From positions 32,001-96,000 of the forward strand of contig CAWGJT010000009.1 in the NCBI GenBank assembly GCA_963822965.1: a DNA stretch of 64,000 nt, written 5' to 3'. The stretch is from an uncultured delta proteobacterium (lineage in GTDB: Bacteria; Myxococcota_A; UBA9160; UBA4427). Below, one piece after another: positions 30,633-41,015 of the stretch (the stretch's first letter is position 1; the number at the start of each line of letters is the position of its first letter). The notes beneath the pieces were generated by a model. The model searched no databases, had not been told where the DNA came from, and saw nothing but the letters and a program-made list of their open reading frames with translations. The position numbers were made by a program, and so were the translations under genes.

Positions 30633-32261
30633 ATGTTGCGCAGGCCCACGGCTCTCGTGATCGCCGCCTGGCTGGTGCTGGCCGCGATCGTCGTGGGCGT
30701 GGAGGCGCCGCCTGCGGGCGAGCCCGGCCTCAACTACGACGAAGCCTTCCTGGCACAGCAGGCCCGCGACTTTCTCGAGCCCGACCGCGTCACCGTGCAT
30801 CCGCCCAGCGAGCGTTCGACCTACGTGTTCGGACGGCGCTTCCCCTTGCGCAACGCCGCCTATCTCGGCGGCCTGAAGAGCCAGCTCCTCATCCCGGCGT
30901 TCGCGCTCTTCGGCCCGACCCCGGCCACCCTGCGGCTGGCCACCCTGGCGACGGCCCTGACGGCGCTCCTCTTCACCATGCTGTGGGCGCGCCGGGTCTT
31001 CGGCGTCGGCACCGCCCTGCTGGGCGGGCTCTTCGTGGCCCTCGATCCCAGCTTCGTCTTCTTCGGAGCCTGCGAGTGGGGTCCGTACACGACCCTGCTC
31101 CTGTGCCGGAGCGCCGGGCTCTTCGCGCTGACGGCAGGCTGGCAGACGCGCCGCACCGGGCTCGTGGCGGCGGGCGCCCTGGCCCTGGGACTCGGGGTCT
31201 ACGCGCGCGCCGACTTCGCGATGATCGACGCGGCGCTCGCCGTCGGCGTCCTCGCGGTGCGCGGCCGGACGACGCTCCGCGAGATCCGCGAGCGGCCGGG
31301 GGCCAGCGCGGCCGCCCTCGCCGCCGTGGTGGTCGGCTCGCTGCCCATGTTGCGGTCCGCCATCGACCTGCTCGCCGTGGAGTCGGGGATCGCCGACCGC
31401 GGCGACCTGGCGTATCGCGCGCAGGTGCTGTGGAGCACCCTCGACGGATCCTACTACTACCGGGTGCTCGACGTGGGCGGGCTCTTCGAACGCATCTTCG
31501 AGGCGGCGGCGCCGGCCAGCGTCTTCGGCTTCGCGCTCGTGCTGGCCCTGCCGGCGGGCGCGGTGCTGGCCCTGCAGCGCCGCGTCTCGCTCCAGGTCCC
31601 GCGCAAGGGCCTGCTCTTCCTGGTCGTCACGACCGCCGTCCTCGGCGCCGCCATGCTGGCCCTGCCCGGCGCCGTGCGCGCCCATCACATGCTGAACCTG
31701 ATGCCGTTCACGCACCTGCTCGTCGCCACGGTGATCGTCGCGATCGTGGGCTCTGGCGCCGGGCGTGTCGTGGCCGCCGTCGCCGTCCTGGCGATCGTGA
31801 CGAGCAGCGCAACCGTCACGGCGCGCACGCGAGAGCTCGTCTCGGAGACCGGAGGGCGCGGTCGCTACTCGAACGCGCTCGATGCCTTCGCGGCGGAGCT
31901 GGACGGCGATTCCGAACGCGACGGTGGTCTCCCTGGACTGGGGCTTCCACGAGACCTTCCAGTTCCTGACGACCGGGCCCCACCTCGAGGAGCCCATCTG
32001 GACGATTCCGCGCCTGCTCGCGAGCGGACGGCCCTGGGTGCACGCGGGGGACGCGAGCCACCGCTACCTGGTGTTCGCGCCCCGCTACGACCTCTTCCAG
32101 CTCGGCCCGAAGCTGCTCGAAGCCGCGCGCGCGCTGCCCGCCGAAGCCGTGGAGATCCGCGCCCACCGCGATCGCCAGGGCGAGGTCGCATTCTACAGCG
32201 TACGATTCCTGGCGCCGCACCAGCTCGTCTACTCGGGCGCTTCCAGATCCGGTTCCGATAG
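30633..32261 (+). CDS. GT-C glycosyltransferase candidate, ArnT/PMT(GT39)-like (compensating frameshifts near the 3' end)
   Basis: PGLNYDEAF after TM1, YLGGLK, many TM segments, C-terminal DWGF periplasmic domain. Confidence 0.65.
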   Translation: MLRRPTALVIAAWLVLAAIVVGVEAPPAGEPGLNYDEAFLAQQARDFLEPDRVTVHPPSERSTYVFGRRFPLRNAAYLGGLKSQLLIPAFALFGPTPATLRLATLATALTALLFTMLWARRVFGVGTALLGGLFVALDPSFVFFGACEWGPYTTLLLCRSAGLFALTAGWQTRRTGLVAAGALALGLGVYARADFAMIDAALAVGVLAVRGRTTLREIRERPGASAAALAAVVVGSLPMLRSAIDLLAVESGIADRGDLAYRAQVLWSTLDGSYYYRVLDVGGLFERIFEAAAPASVFGFALVLALPAGAVLALQRRVSLQVPRKGLLFLVVTTAVLGAAMLALPGAVRAHHMLNLMPFTHLLVATVIVAIVGSGAGRVVAAVAVLAIVTSSATVTARTRELVSETGGRGRYSNALDAFAAELDGDSERDGGLPGLGLPRDLPVPDDRAPPRGAHLDDSAPARERTALGARGGREPPLPGVRAPLRPLPARPEAARSRARAARRSRGDPRPPRSPGRGRILQRTIPGAAPARLLGRFQIRFR

Positions 32262-32369
32262 ACCTCCCGAGCGCGGCGCGCGACGAGCGAGGCCAGGCAG
32301 GCGGCAGCGAGCGCAGGCCTCGCGTCGAAGACACGAGGAAGTGAAGGAAGGCGAAGGAGAGGTGGCCCC

Positions 32370-33109
32370 ATGAACGAGCGCGTCCTGCCGGTCCCGACCG
32401 CGGACGGCGCGATGGAGACCTTCATCGTCCAGCCCGACGCGCCGGGACCGCATCCGGTCGTCGTCCTCTACATGGACGCTCCGGGCATCCGCGAGGAGCT
32501 CTACGACTTCACGCGGCGGATCGCCGGCGAGGGCTATTTCGCGGCGCTCCCGATCTCTACTACCGCCGCGGTCGCATCCGGCTCGACCTGTCGAGCACGG
32601 ACGACGACCTGCGCAAGGAGATGTTCGGCCACATGCGCAGCCTCTCGAACGCCGGGGTGGCGGCCGACACGCGCGCGCTCCTCGAGGCGCTCGCGCGCGA
32701 GCCGGCCGCCGGCCAGGGGGCCCAAGGGATGCATCGGCTACTGCATGAGCGGTCAGTTCATCATGACCGTCGCCGGCACCTTCCCCGAGCACTTCTCGCG
32801 CCTCGGTCTCGTGCTACGGGGTCGGCATCGTGACCGACGCCCCGGACAGCCCGCATCGCCTGGCGGACCGGGTGCAGGGCGAGGTCTTCTTCGCCTTCGC
32901 CGAGCAGGACGAGTACGTCGCGGACTCCGCGATCACGACCCTGCGCGAGAGCCTGGAGAAGGCGGGCGTCGACCACGTGTCCTGATCTATCCCGGCACGC
33001 AGCACGGCTTCTGCTTCCCGCAGCGCCGGGCGTCTACGTCGAGGATGCCGCCGAGGACGTGTGGCGCCGCACCTTCGCGATGTTCGAGCGGCAGCTCCGC
33101 CCGGGCTGA
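32370..33109 (+). CDS. Dienelactone hydrolase family protein (frameshifted)
   Basis: YMDAPGIRE, GYCMSG nucleophile elbow, EQDEY, YPGTQHGF. Confidence 0.85.
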
Positions 33110-35390
33110 GGAGGCTGCTCGAAGCAGCACGCCGTCTGGACGATCCGCCTCGGGGCTGGCGACCCTCACGACCGCTCCCTGCTGCACGGCCTCCTCGGAC
33201 ACGGCCACCCCGGCGCTCTTCCGCCGACCATGACCCGGTAGGGACCGAAGGCGCCCACGCGCAGCGCGTCGGGCGCGGGCCGCGTCGGGTACGGGACCCG
33301 CAGGCGCGCGATGCCTTCCCCGTCGGCGACGGCGCGCGTCTCGAAGCGGAGACCGGCGTCCGAGGGGCGTTCCCGAGGCGCACGCTCGCGAGCACCTCCG
33401 CACCCGGCTCGGCCGGCACCTCGAGCACCGCGCCCTCCACCACCTCGAAGAGCTTGTAGGGCACGGTCGCGGAGCCCGTCACCCGCGGACCCTGCAGCTG
33501 GAAGCCCTGGGAGAAGTGCACGCCGCCCTCCGGCCCCTCGGTGACCAGGCGGAAGTGCCGGCTGGCCGGCCAGGGACCGGCGGCCAGGCCGTCCGCGTAG
33601 TGCAGCCAGCCTTCCAGGGTGGCGGGATCGGCGCTCGAGAACGTGAGGACGTAACGCGCCGACAGGCGTCGGGCCAGGGAGACGCCCTCGTCCTCGGAGG
33701 CGGCTCCGAGCAGGGCGAAGGCGCGGTTCCAGTTCTCGACGCCGATGAACGCCCAGAAGGGATCCGCGGGGGTCGGGCGATGCGCGACGTTCTGGATGGC
33801 GTGGCCGAGGTTCGGGTGCGAGACGACGCCGTACTCGGGCTGCTGGTGCACGTCGAAGTAGCCCGACGTCTCGGGCGTGGCCCGACGCACCTGCTCGAGG
33901 AAGCGCGTGAGCGTACCGCCGAGGGTCGCGAGGGCGCGATCGCCGCCGACGTACTCGCCCCGCCAGGCACGCAGCGCCCCGTCGGCGCGCGGCAGCAGCT
34001 GTCCCACGATGGGCGGCGAGAGCAACCCGAGCGCGAGGGACCCCGCGATGAGCGCCCCCCAGACGCGCCGTCCGCCGAAGGCCTCCGCGGCCCGGCGTCC
34101 CACGGTGGCGAGCACGATGGCGAAGCCCACCGCCGCGGCCGGCCCGAGATCGTTGCCGTAGCGTCGCTGGACCAGGGCCAGGGCGCCGAACCACGCGCAC
34201 CAGCCCGCCACCACCCAGCCCATCGCGCGGCGCTCGTGCCGGGTGGCCCACGCCACCGCGAAGGGCAGGATGGGGATCGCGTAGCCGAAGAGGCCCCACA
34301 CCTCCCACACGGGCCGACCGGTGGCCCGGCCGAAGATCGCGAAGAGCGGAAGCTGCTCTCCCGTCCGCTGGCCCACACCGTCGCTCATGGTGAGGAACCG
34401 GAGTCCCGGCTCGAGCCCGTGTCTCGGTCCGGGGAGGGCGAGCAACATCGCGACGACGAGCAACGCGAAGCCTCCCGTGCAGGCGAGGCGCAGCCCCGGC
34501 GAGTGTGCCCGCCCGCGGCCTTCGAGCCACCACATTCCGGCGGAGACGACCGCCGCCGCGAACACCGCAGCCACGTGCAGGCGCGAGAGCGCGATGGCCG
34601 ACCAGGCACCGCCCAGGGGCTCGGGAAACACCCACACGAGCGGCGTCACCACCGCGAACGTGACGGCGGTGGCCAGCGCCTGGGCGCCGTAGACCGCTCG
34701 ACGACCCGTGAAGGCAGCGCCCAGCCACAGGCTCGCGTGCACGAGCGCCAGATAGAGGAGGCTGCCGTGCCAGGTGAGCAGCATGGCGATCTGGCCCGCC
34801 GCGAGGCCCGCGACCCCTCCCGGGGTGGGCCGCTCCTCGTCGACGAGCCGCGCCACCACCAGGAGCAGCGCCGCACCGATCAGGGCCACCGCGCAGTGGT
34901 GATCCAGCTGACCCACGCGGCTGTAGGTGGTGCTCATCGGAAACAGCGCGATCAGGACCGCCGCGCCGAGCCCCACGAACGGGCCGCCCAGGCGGCGTCC
35001 CAGGGCGTGAACGGGCCAGACCACGAGCGCGCCGATCACCGGGGACGCCCAGGCCAGGAACACCTGGAACGCGTGCGGGTCGCGGGCGAAGAGGCGCCCC
35101 AGCGCCGCCAGCACGAAGTCGAAGAGCGGCGGCCAGGAGATCGCCGCGCCGCCCGGGTAGTTGATATACGGGTCGAAGAAGAGTACGTGGGGGAAGTTCG
35201 TCCAGGCGTAGAGCGCGCGGCGCACGTGGTACTGCGCGTCTCCCGGCGCGAACACCACCGTGTGTCCGTCGACGAAGACCCACTCGAAGCCCAGGGCGCG
35301 CACCCCGAGCGCCAGGAAGAACACGACGAGCAGCAGCCCGCCCACCAGGCGACGGCGGGAGGTCGAGACGGCTTCGGCTCCGGCGGACAT
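33110..35390 (-). CDS. STT3/AglB/PglB-like oligosaccharyltransferase homolog (frameshifts in the last ~270 bp; end approximate)
   Basis: GDAQYHVRR, FDPYINYPGG..ISWPPLFD, YSRVGQLDHH, TGEQLP, QRRY, SHPNLGH at the WWDYG position, RPTPADPF, KLFEVVEGA, LRVPY. Confidence 0.85.
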
Positions 35391-35396
35391 CGGCTC

Positions 35397-36510
35397 TCAG
35401 GCGCGCTTCCGGGCGGCCGCGAGGACGCCGGCCACCCGTTCCTGCTGCTCGGGCTCGATGCCGGGGAAGATCGGCAGGGAGAGCAGCTCCTCCGCGGCGC
35501 GCTCGGCGACCGGGAAGTCGCCGGGCCGGTGACCCGACGCGCGGAACGCGCCCTGCAGGTGGATGGGAACCGGATAGTGGACACCCGCGTCGACGCCCGC
35601 CTCCCGCAGGGCGCGCAGCAGCCGGTCGCGCGCCGGCACCCGCACCGTGTAGAGGTGGTACACGTGCTCGTTGCCGGCGAGGGTGACGGGCAGGTGCAGG
35701 TCGGGAAGATCCGCCAGCAGCGCGTCGTAGCGCCGCGCCGCCGCGACCCGCAGCGCGTTCCAGGCCTCGAGCCGCCGAAGCTTCGCGCGCAGAACCACCG
35801 CCTGCAGCGGTGTCGAGGCGCGAGTTGAAGCCGAGCTCCGGATGGTGGTACTTCTCCTCGCTGCCGTACTGTCGCAGGCAACGGACGCGCGACGCGACGG
35901 CCGCGTCGTCGCTGGTGACGGCGCCCGCGTCTCCCCAGGCGCCGAGGTTCTTCGCCGGGTAGAAGCTCGTTGCCGCGGCCACGCCGAAGGATCCCGAGGG
36001 CCGGCCGTGACGCCGCGCACCCTGGGACTGGGCGGCGTCTTCGACGATCGCCACCGGCGACTCCCCCAGTCCTTCGAAGAGGCGCTCCATGGGCGCGATC
36101 TGGCCGAAGAGGTTCACGGGCAGGATGGCGCGGGTGGCCGGGCCCACCCGGCCGAGGGCCGCCGCGACGTCGAGCAGATGCGTCGTCGGCTCCGAGTCGA
36201 CGAACACCGGTTGCGCCCCGGCTCGCGACACGGCCAGCGCGGACGCGATGAAGGTGTTCGCGGGGACCACCACCTCGTCCCCGGGCCCGATGTCGAGGGC
36301 GCGCAGGGCGAGCTCGATCGCGTCGGTGCCGCTCCCGACGCCCACGCAGTGGCCGACGCCGCAGGCTCGCGCGAACTCCTCCTCGAAGGCCCCCACGTCG
36401 GGACCCAGGACGAAGGCGCCGCTCGAGGCCACGCGCTCGATCCCGGCCCGGACCTCGTCCGCGATCTCGCCGTACTGCCAGCCGAGGTCGACGAGCGGGA
36501 TGCGCTTCAT
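35397..36510 (-). CDS. DegT/DnrJ/EryC1/StrS PLP sugar aminotransferase (one frameshift near 35810)
   Basis: IPLVDL, SGTDAI, EDAAQS, SFYPAKNLGAWGD, NSRLD, LSLPIFP. Confidence 0.93.
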
Positions 36511-37535
36511 GCCGCGCCGATTCGCACTTCCCGTCCACCCTGGCGCAGCGAGCGGTTGAGGGCGTCGAGGGTGCGGACCACCGCGAGACCCTCGCGGCCG
36601 TCGGTGAGCGGGGTCTGGCCGCTCGCGATGCAGTCGAGGAAGTGGTCGCATTCGTTGCGCAGGGGCTGGCTCGCGGGCACCCGCGGCACGCTGATGTCGC
36701 CGTCGCGCACCACCATGCGGAACGTCGCGAAGGAATCGATGAACGCGGGTTGGCTCCGCTCGTCGGAGACCTGCTTGTCGTAGATCCGGAGCGGCTCGGT
36801 GAGGCTCAGGTCGTCGAAGGTGAGCATGCGCTTCTCCCCCACGACGGTGATGTCGCGCGTCTTGCGGGGATGCAGCCAGGACGCGTGCAGGTGGACGAGC
36901 ACGTCGTTCGGGTAGCGCAGGGTGGCGAACACGGCGTCCTCGACGCCGCGGTTGATCCAGTCGCGCCCCATGGCGGAGACGCTCGTCGGCAGCGAATCCA
37001 GCCAGTAGCTCGCGAGGGCGATGTCGTGGGACGCGAGGTCCCACGCGGCGTTCACGTCCACGCGGATGGGTCCGAGGTTGGTGCGCGTCATCGACGCGTA
37101 GTAGATGCGTCCGAGATCTCCGTCCACCAGGTATCGCTTCGCCTGCTGGGAGGCCGCGTTGTAGACGAAAATGTGGCCCACCATCAGCACGCGGCCGGCG
37201 GCGTCGGCCGTCTCGCACAGGACCTCGGCGTCGCGGACGGTGCCCGCCATCGGCTTCTCGACGAGCACGTGCTTGCCCGCCTCGAGGGCGGCCTTCGCCA
37301 GCGGGAAGTGGGTACTCGTGGGCGTCGCCACCACCACCGCGTCCACCCGCGGATCGTGGATCGCGGGCTCGGGATCGTGACCGACCTGCACGTCCGGGAA
37401 GCGCAGCCGAACCGCCTCGCAACGGTCGGCGGCGCGATCGACCACCCACACCACCTCGCTGCGGCGCCGGTCGTGGAAGTTGGCGATCAGGTTCGGGCCC
37501 CAATGTCCCGCACCGATGACAGCGACACGGACCAT
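36507..37535 (-). CDS. Gfo/Idh/MocA family NAD-dependent sugar oxidoreductase
   Basis: IGAGHWG, HVLVEKP, MVGH, WDLASHD; stop overlaps the aminotransferase start. Confidence 0.92.
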   Translation of the reverse strand: MVRVAVIGAGHWGPNLIANFHDRRRSEVVWVVDRAADRCEAVRLRFPDVQVGHDPEPAIHDPRVDAVVVATPTSTHFPLAKAALEAGKHVLVEKPMAGTVRDAEVLCETADAAGRVLMVGHIFVYNAASQQAKRYLVDGDLGRIYYASMTRTNLGPIRVDVNAAWDLASHDIALASYWLDSLPTSVSAMGRDWINRGVEDAVFATLRYPNDVLVHLHASWLHPRKTRDITVVGEKRMLTFDDLSLTEPLRIYDKQVSDERSQPAFIDSFATFRMVVRDGDISVPRVPASQPLRNECDHFLDCIASGQTPLTDGREGLAVVRTLDALNRSLRQGGREVRIGAA

Positions 37536-37643
37536 CGGATCCCGACCCCTCCTCGCGCCGCCGGTTCGCTTCGCCGCTCGATGCGTGGACCGGCCGGGCG
37601 CCTGCGGACGGACTCGCGCGTGGAACCACTCGACCGGCCGGAT

Positions 37644-38366
37644 TCACTTCTTGAGGCGGAGCCCCACCAGCAGCAATGGCTTCAGGATCGACCACCAGCC
37701 GAGGAAGGGCTTCATCTTGGTCTGCCCGAGGCGCTTCGGAGGGTAAACCTTCGAAACCGGGGCTTCCAGCGTGCGATAGCCGAGCTGGATGGCCCGGATG
37801 TAGAGGTACGGCTCGAGCTCGTACTCGTCCAGCCAGGGCTGCGCGAGGTCGAGCCGCGGGTCCTCGAGGACGCGCCGGTGGACGGCCCGGAAGCCGTTCG
37901 TCGATTCGGTCACCCGGCGCCCGGTCACCAGGGAGAAGAGCAGGGGATGGACGCGCGTCGCCACCCGGCGATAGAGGGGCATCGCGCCGAAGTCCGCTCC
38001 CGGCTCCAGGAACCGCGAGCCCTGGACGAAGTCGGCCCGGCCCTCCGCGATGGGATCCAGGAGGCGCGGAATCTCCTCGGGCGCGTCCTTGTTGTTCCCG
38101 GCCATGACCACGGCGACGTCGAAGCCGCCGCGCAGGGCCTCCGCATAGCCGGCCCGCAGGGCGGCGCCGACACCCGCCACCCGACCCATGGAGATCACCC
38201 GCGCGCCGCCCCGACGCGCCACCTCGGCCGAGCGGTCCGTCGAGCCGTCGTCCACCACGAGCAGCTCGTCGACGACGTCCCGGGGCGTACGCCGAACGAC
38301 CTCGCCGATCTTCTGCTCCTCGTCGAGAACGGGCGCGATCGCCATCACCGAGAGTCCGCGGTACAC
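37644..38366 (-). CDS. GT2 glycosyltransferase, polyprenol-phosphate (DPM1/ArnC-like) type
   Basis: APVLDEE, VDDGSTD, GVGAA, VQGSRF, TESTNGFR; the DxD position reads AGNNKD. Confidence 0.85.
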   Translation of the reverse strand: MYRGLSVMAIAPVLDEEQKIGEVVRRTPRDVVDELLVVDDGSTDRSAEVARRGGARVISMGRVAGVGAALRAGYAEALRGGFDVAVVMAGNNKDAPEEIPRLLDPIAEGRADFVQGSRFLEPGADFGAMPLYRRVATRVHPLLFSLVTGRRVTESTNGFRAVHRRVLEDPRLDLAQPWLDEYELEPYLYIRAIQLGYRTLEAPVSKVYPPKRLGQTKMKPFLGWWSILKPLLLVGLRLKK

Positions 38367-38374
38367 GGGTCTCC

Positions 38375-39811
38375 TCAGTCGGCCGGGGGCAGGTAGCCCA
38401 GGGCGCGCAGGCGCTCGACGTCGAGCTCGTCGAGGGCCGGCGCGGGCACGACACGCTCTTCGTGGGCGAGATAGCGGGTCACCTCCGGCGGCAGGGGAAG
38501 TCCCGGGTGCTTGCGGAGCTCGCCCCGGAAGGGCTCCGACCCCACCCGATCGAAGCGTTGCCAGTCGAGGCGCTGCTCGCGCAGCGCTCGCTCCGGATCC
38601 TCCGGCGGGAACGCGTTCGGGTCCGGGCGGATCACCTTGACGGTGAAGAAGCCGCGTGCGTCGTAGGCGCCGAGCTCGTGGCCGATGTCGCTCACGACCG
38701 TGCGATCGGGAAGCGGCGCCTCGCCCCGCAGCGCCGGCACGAGGGAGATTCCGCTCTCGCGGGGCAGCGGCGCGAGGCCCGCCAGCTCCAGCACGGTGGG
38801 TGCGAGATCCACGTGGCTCACCACACCCGACACGCGCCGCGGCGCCAGGCCGGGTGCCGCGATCACCAGGGGGACGTGCGCCTGCTCGGGCGTCGTCGCG
38901 TGACCGTGCTGGAAGAAGAAGCCGTCCTCGTCGAGGCTCTCACCGTGATCCGCCGTGAAGACGACGACGAGCCCGCGGCCGTCCGCCGTCCGCCGCGCTT
39001 CGTCGAACAGCGCGCCGAGCCAGTGGTCGGCAAAGGCGATCTCGCCGGCATAGAGCCCCGCGTAGCGGGCAGCCCGACGCACCCCGTCGAGCGCCTGGTA
39101 GGCCGGCAGCCCCCCGCGGCCGCGGTTGGTCCGCATCACCGGGAGCTCGATTCCGGTGCGCATGGGCACCTCCGGAACCAGATCCGCCCAGGGCTCGGGC
39201 GGCGTGTATGGACCGTGGGGATCCTGCAGGTGCACCCAGAGGAAGAAGGGCGCCTCGCCGCGACGCGCGAGCCAGGCGTTGGCCCGGGAGACGGTCTGAC
39301 GGGCGACCCGCTCGAAGTAGAGACCCCGGTTCGCCTCGGCCACGGGAAGCTCGTCGTCGTAGACGTCGAAGCCCGCGTCGAGCCCGCTGCGCGCCTTCAG
39401 GACCACGTTGCTGACGAACGCCGCAGTGTCGTAGCCGGCCTCGCGGAAGGCCTGGGCCAGGGTGGGGGCGCCTTCGAGCCGGGTCGCTCCGTTCCAGGCG
39501 CCCACCGAGTGCTCGCGGACGTAGCGGGAGGTCATGATCGACGCATGAGACGGGACGGTGGCCGTCGACGCGGCGATGGCGCTCTCGAAGAGCACGCCGC
39601 GCGCCGCCAGCGCGTCGACGTGCGGTGTGGTCTCGGGGCCGAAGCCGTAGCTGTGCACGTAGTCCGCGCGCAGGGTGTCGACGGTGACGAGCAGGACGTC
39701 CGGCCGCGGCGCGTCGGGAGCGCCTCCGCAGGCGAGCCAGACGAGCGCCGGGAGCACGACCCGGAGGCCGGCACGGACCTTCGGCACGGGACGACGGGGG
39801 AGACGAGGCAT
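38375..39811 (-). CDS. Sulfatase/alkaline-phosphatase-superfamily lipoprotein with Thr nucleophile
   Basis: WLAC lipobox-like; VDTLRAD, TATVPSHASIMTS, HLQDPHGPY, ADHGE..FQHG, C-terminal LRALGYL. Confidence 0.85.
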   Translation of the reverse strand: MPRLPRRPVPKVRAGLRVVLPALVWLACGGAPDAPRPDVLLVTVDTLRADYVHSYGFGPETTPHVDALAARGVLFESAIAASTATVPSHASIMTSRYVREHSVGAWNGATRLEGAPTLAQAFREAGYDTAAFVSNVVLKARSGLDAGFDVYDDELPVAEANRGLYFERVARQTVSRANAWLARRGEAPFFLWVHLQDPHGPYTPPEPWADLVPEVPMRTGIELPVMRTNRGRGGLPAYQALDGVRRAARYAGLYAGEIAFADHWLGALFDEARRTADGRGLVVVFTADHGESLDEDGFFFQHGHATTPEQAHVPLVIAAPGLAPRRVSGVVSHVDLAPTVLELAGLAPLPRESGISLVPALRGEAPLPDRTVVSDIGHELGAYDARGFFTVKVIRPDPNAFPPEDPERALREQRLDWQRFDRVGSEPFRGELRKHPGLPLPPEVTRYLAHEERVVPAPALDELDVERLRALGYLPPAD

Positions 39812-40049
39812 CGAACGCGGCAGCATACCGCGTCCCGCACGCGGCCCGCGCGCAGCGCCCGCCGGCGTCTCTCGCGCGCCCTGGGGCGTTCGGCGATACT
39901 GGACCCGTGACCGAAACCGCGGAAGCTGCCCGCACGTGCGCGCTCTGCACCCACGACGAGGCGGACGACGGTTCCTGGCCGAGGCGCGAGGTGCTCGTGG
40001 TCGGCGAGAAGCGCGGGACGCGCGCACCCGCTGCGGGCTCGGGACGCCG

Positions 40050-41015
40050 ATGAGCACGCCGCGCGTCTCGGTCGCCATGGCGACCTGCGAAGGCTCCCGC
40101 TTCGTCGAGACCCAGCTCGAGAGCATCGCCGGACAGACGCGACCCCCGGACGAGCTCGTCGTGTGCGACGACGCCTCCCAGGACGACACCTTCGCACGTC
40201 TGGAATCCTTCGCGGCGGCCACGGACCTGGAGACGCGCGTCCTCCGGAATCCGGTGCGCCTCGGCATCACCGCGAACTTCGAGCGCGTCGTCTCCGCCTG
40301 CACCGGCGACGTCATCTTCCTGGCCGACCAGGACGACGTCTGGCTTCCCGAGAAGATCGCCACCCTGACGGACGTGCTCGTCCGACGCCCGGAGCTGGGA
40401 GCCGTATTCAGCGACGGCGAGGTGGTGGATGCGGAGCTCTCGCCCCAGGGCTACACGCTGTGGGAATCCCTGGGCTTCGACGAACGCGAGCGCGAGCAGG
40501 TGCGCCGGGGCGACGCGGTGGGTGTGTTCCTGCGGCACGTCGTCGCCGCCGGAACGACCCTGGCGTTCCGGGCGGGCTTCCGCGAGCGCGCCCTGCCCTT
40601 CCCGCCCCTCCGAAGCTGTCACGACGCGTTCATCGCCTTCGTCGTGGCCGCCCTCGCGCCCATCGAGATCGTGGAGACCCCCCTCATCCGATACCGGGTG
40701 CACGACCGCAACCAGATCGGGATCCGACGACTCGGCCTGCGGGAGCAGCTCGCGAAGGCCCGGGAGCAGCTCGCCAGCGACGCCTTCGGCTATGCGGTCG
40801 AGTTCTTCGAAGCGGCCCGGGCGCGGCTGACGCACGCTCCCCCCGACGTCCTGCACCGCATCGACGAGAAGATCCTGCACGCCCGCCGGCGCCAGGCCAT
40901 GTCCCCGCACTGGCTCGCGCGGCTCCGGGACATCCACGAGGAGGCGCGTTCGGGCCGCTACCGGCGCTACTCGTACGGCTGGAAGAGCATCGCCCAGGAC
41001 CTCTGGCTCCGGTGA
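40050..41015 (+). CDS. GT2 glycosyltransferase (rhamnosyltransferase-like)
   Basis: VSVAMAT..G, CDDASQD, ADQDDVW.PEK, HD, YRVH..NQIG. Confidence 0.9.
   Translation: MSTPRVSVAMATCEGSRFVETQLESIAGQTRPPDELVVCDDASQDDTFARLESFAAATDLETRVLRNPVRLGITANFERVVSACTGDVIFLADQDDVWLPEKIATLTDVLVRRPELGAVFSDGEVVDAELSPQGYTLWESLGFDEREREQVRRGDAVGVFLRHVVAAGTTLAFRAGFRERALPFPPLRSCHDAFIAFVVAALAPIEIVETPLIRYRVHDRNQIGIRRLGLREQLAKAREQLASDAFGYAVEFFEAARARLTHAPPDVLHRIDEKILHARRRQAMSPHWLARLRDIHEEARSGRYRRYSYGWKSIAQDLWLR

Noticed and set aside
33166..38454. 1762-aa ORF in the track
   Set aside because: Arg/Pro/Ala-rich off-frame readthrough typical of high-GC DNA; it only stitches together parts of the real DegT and STT3 genes.
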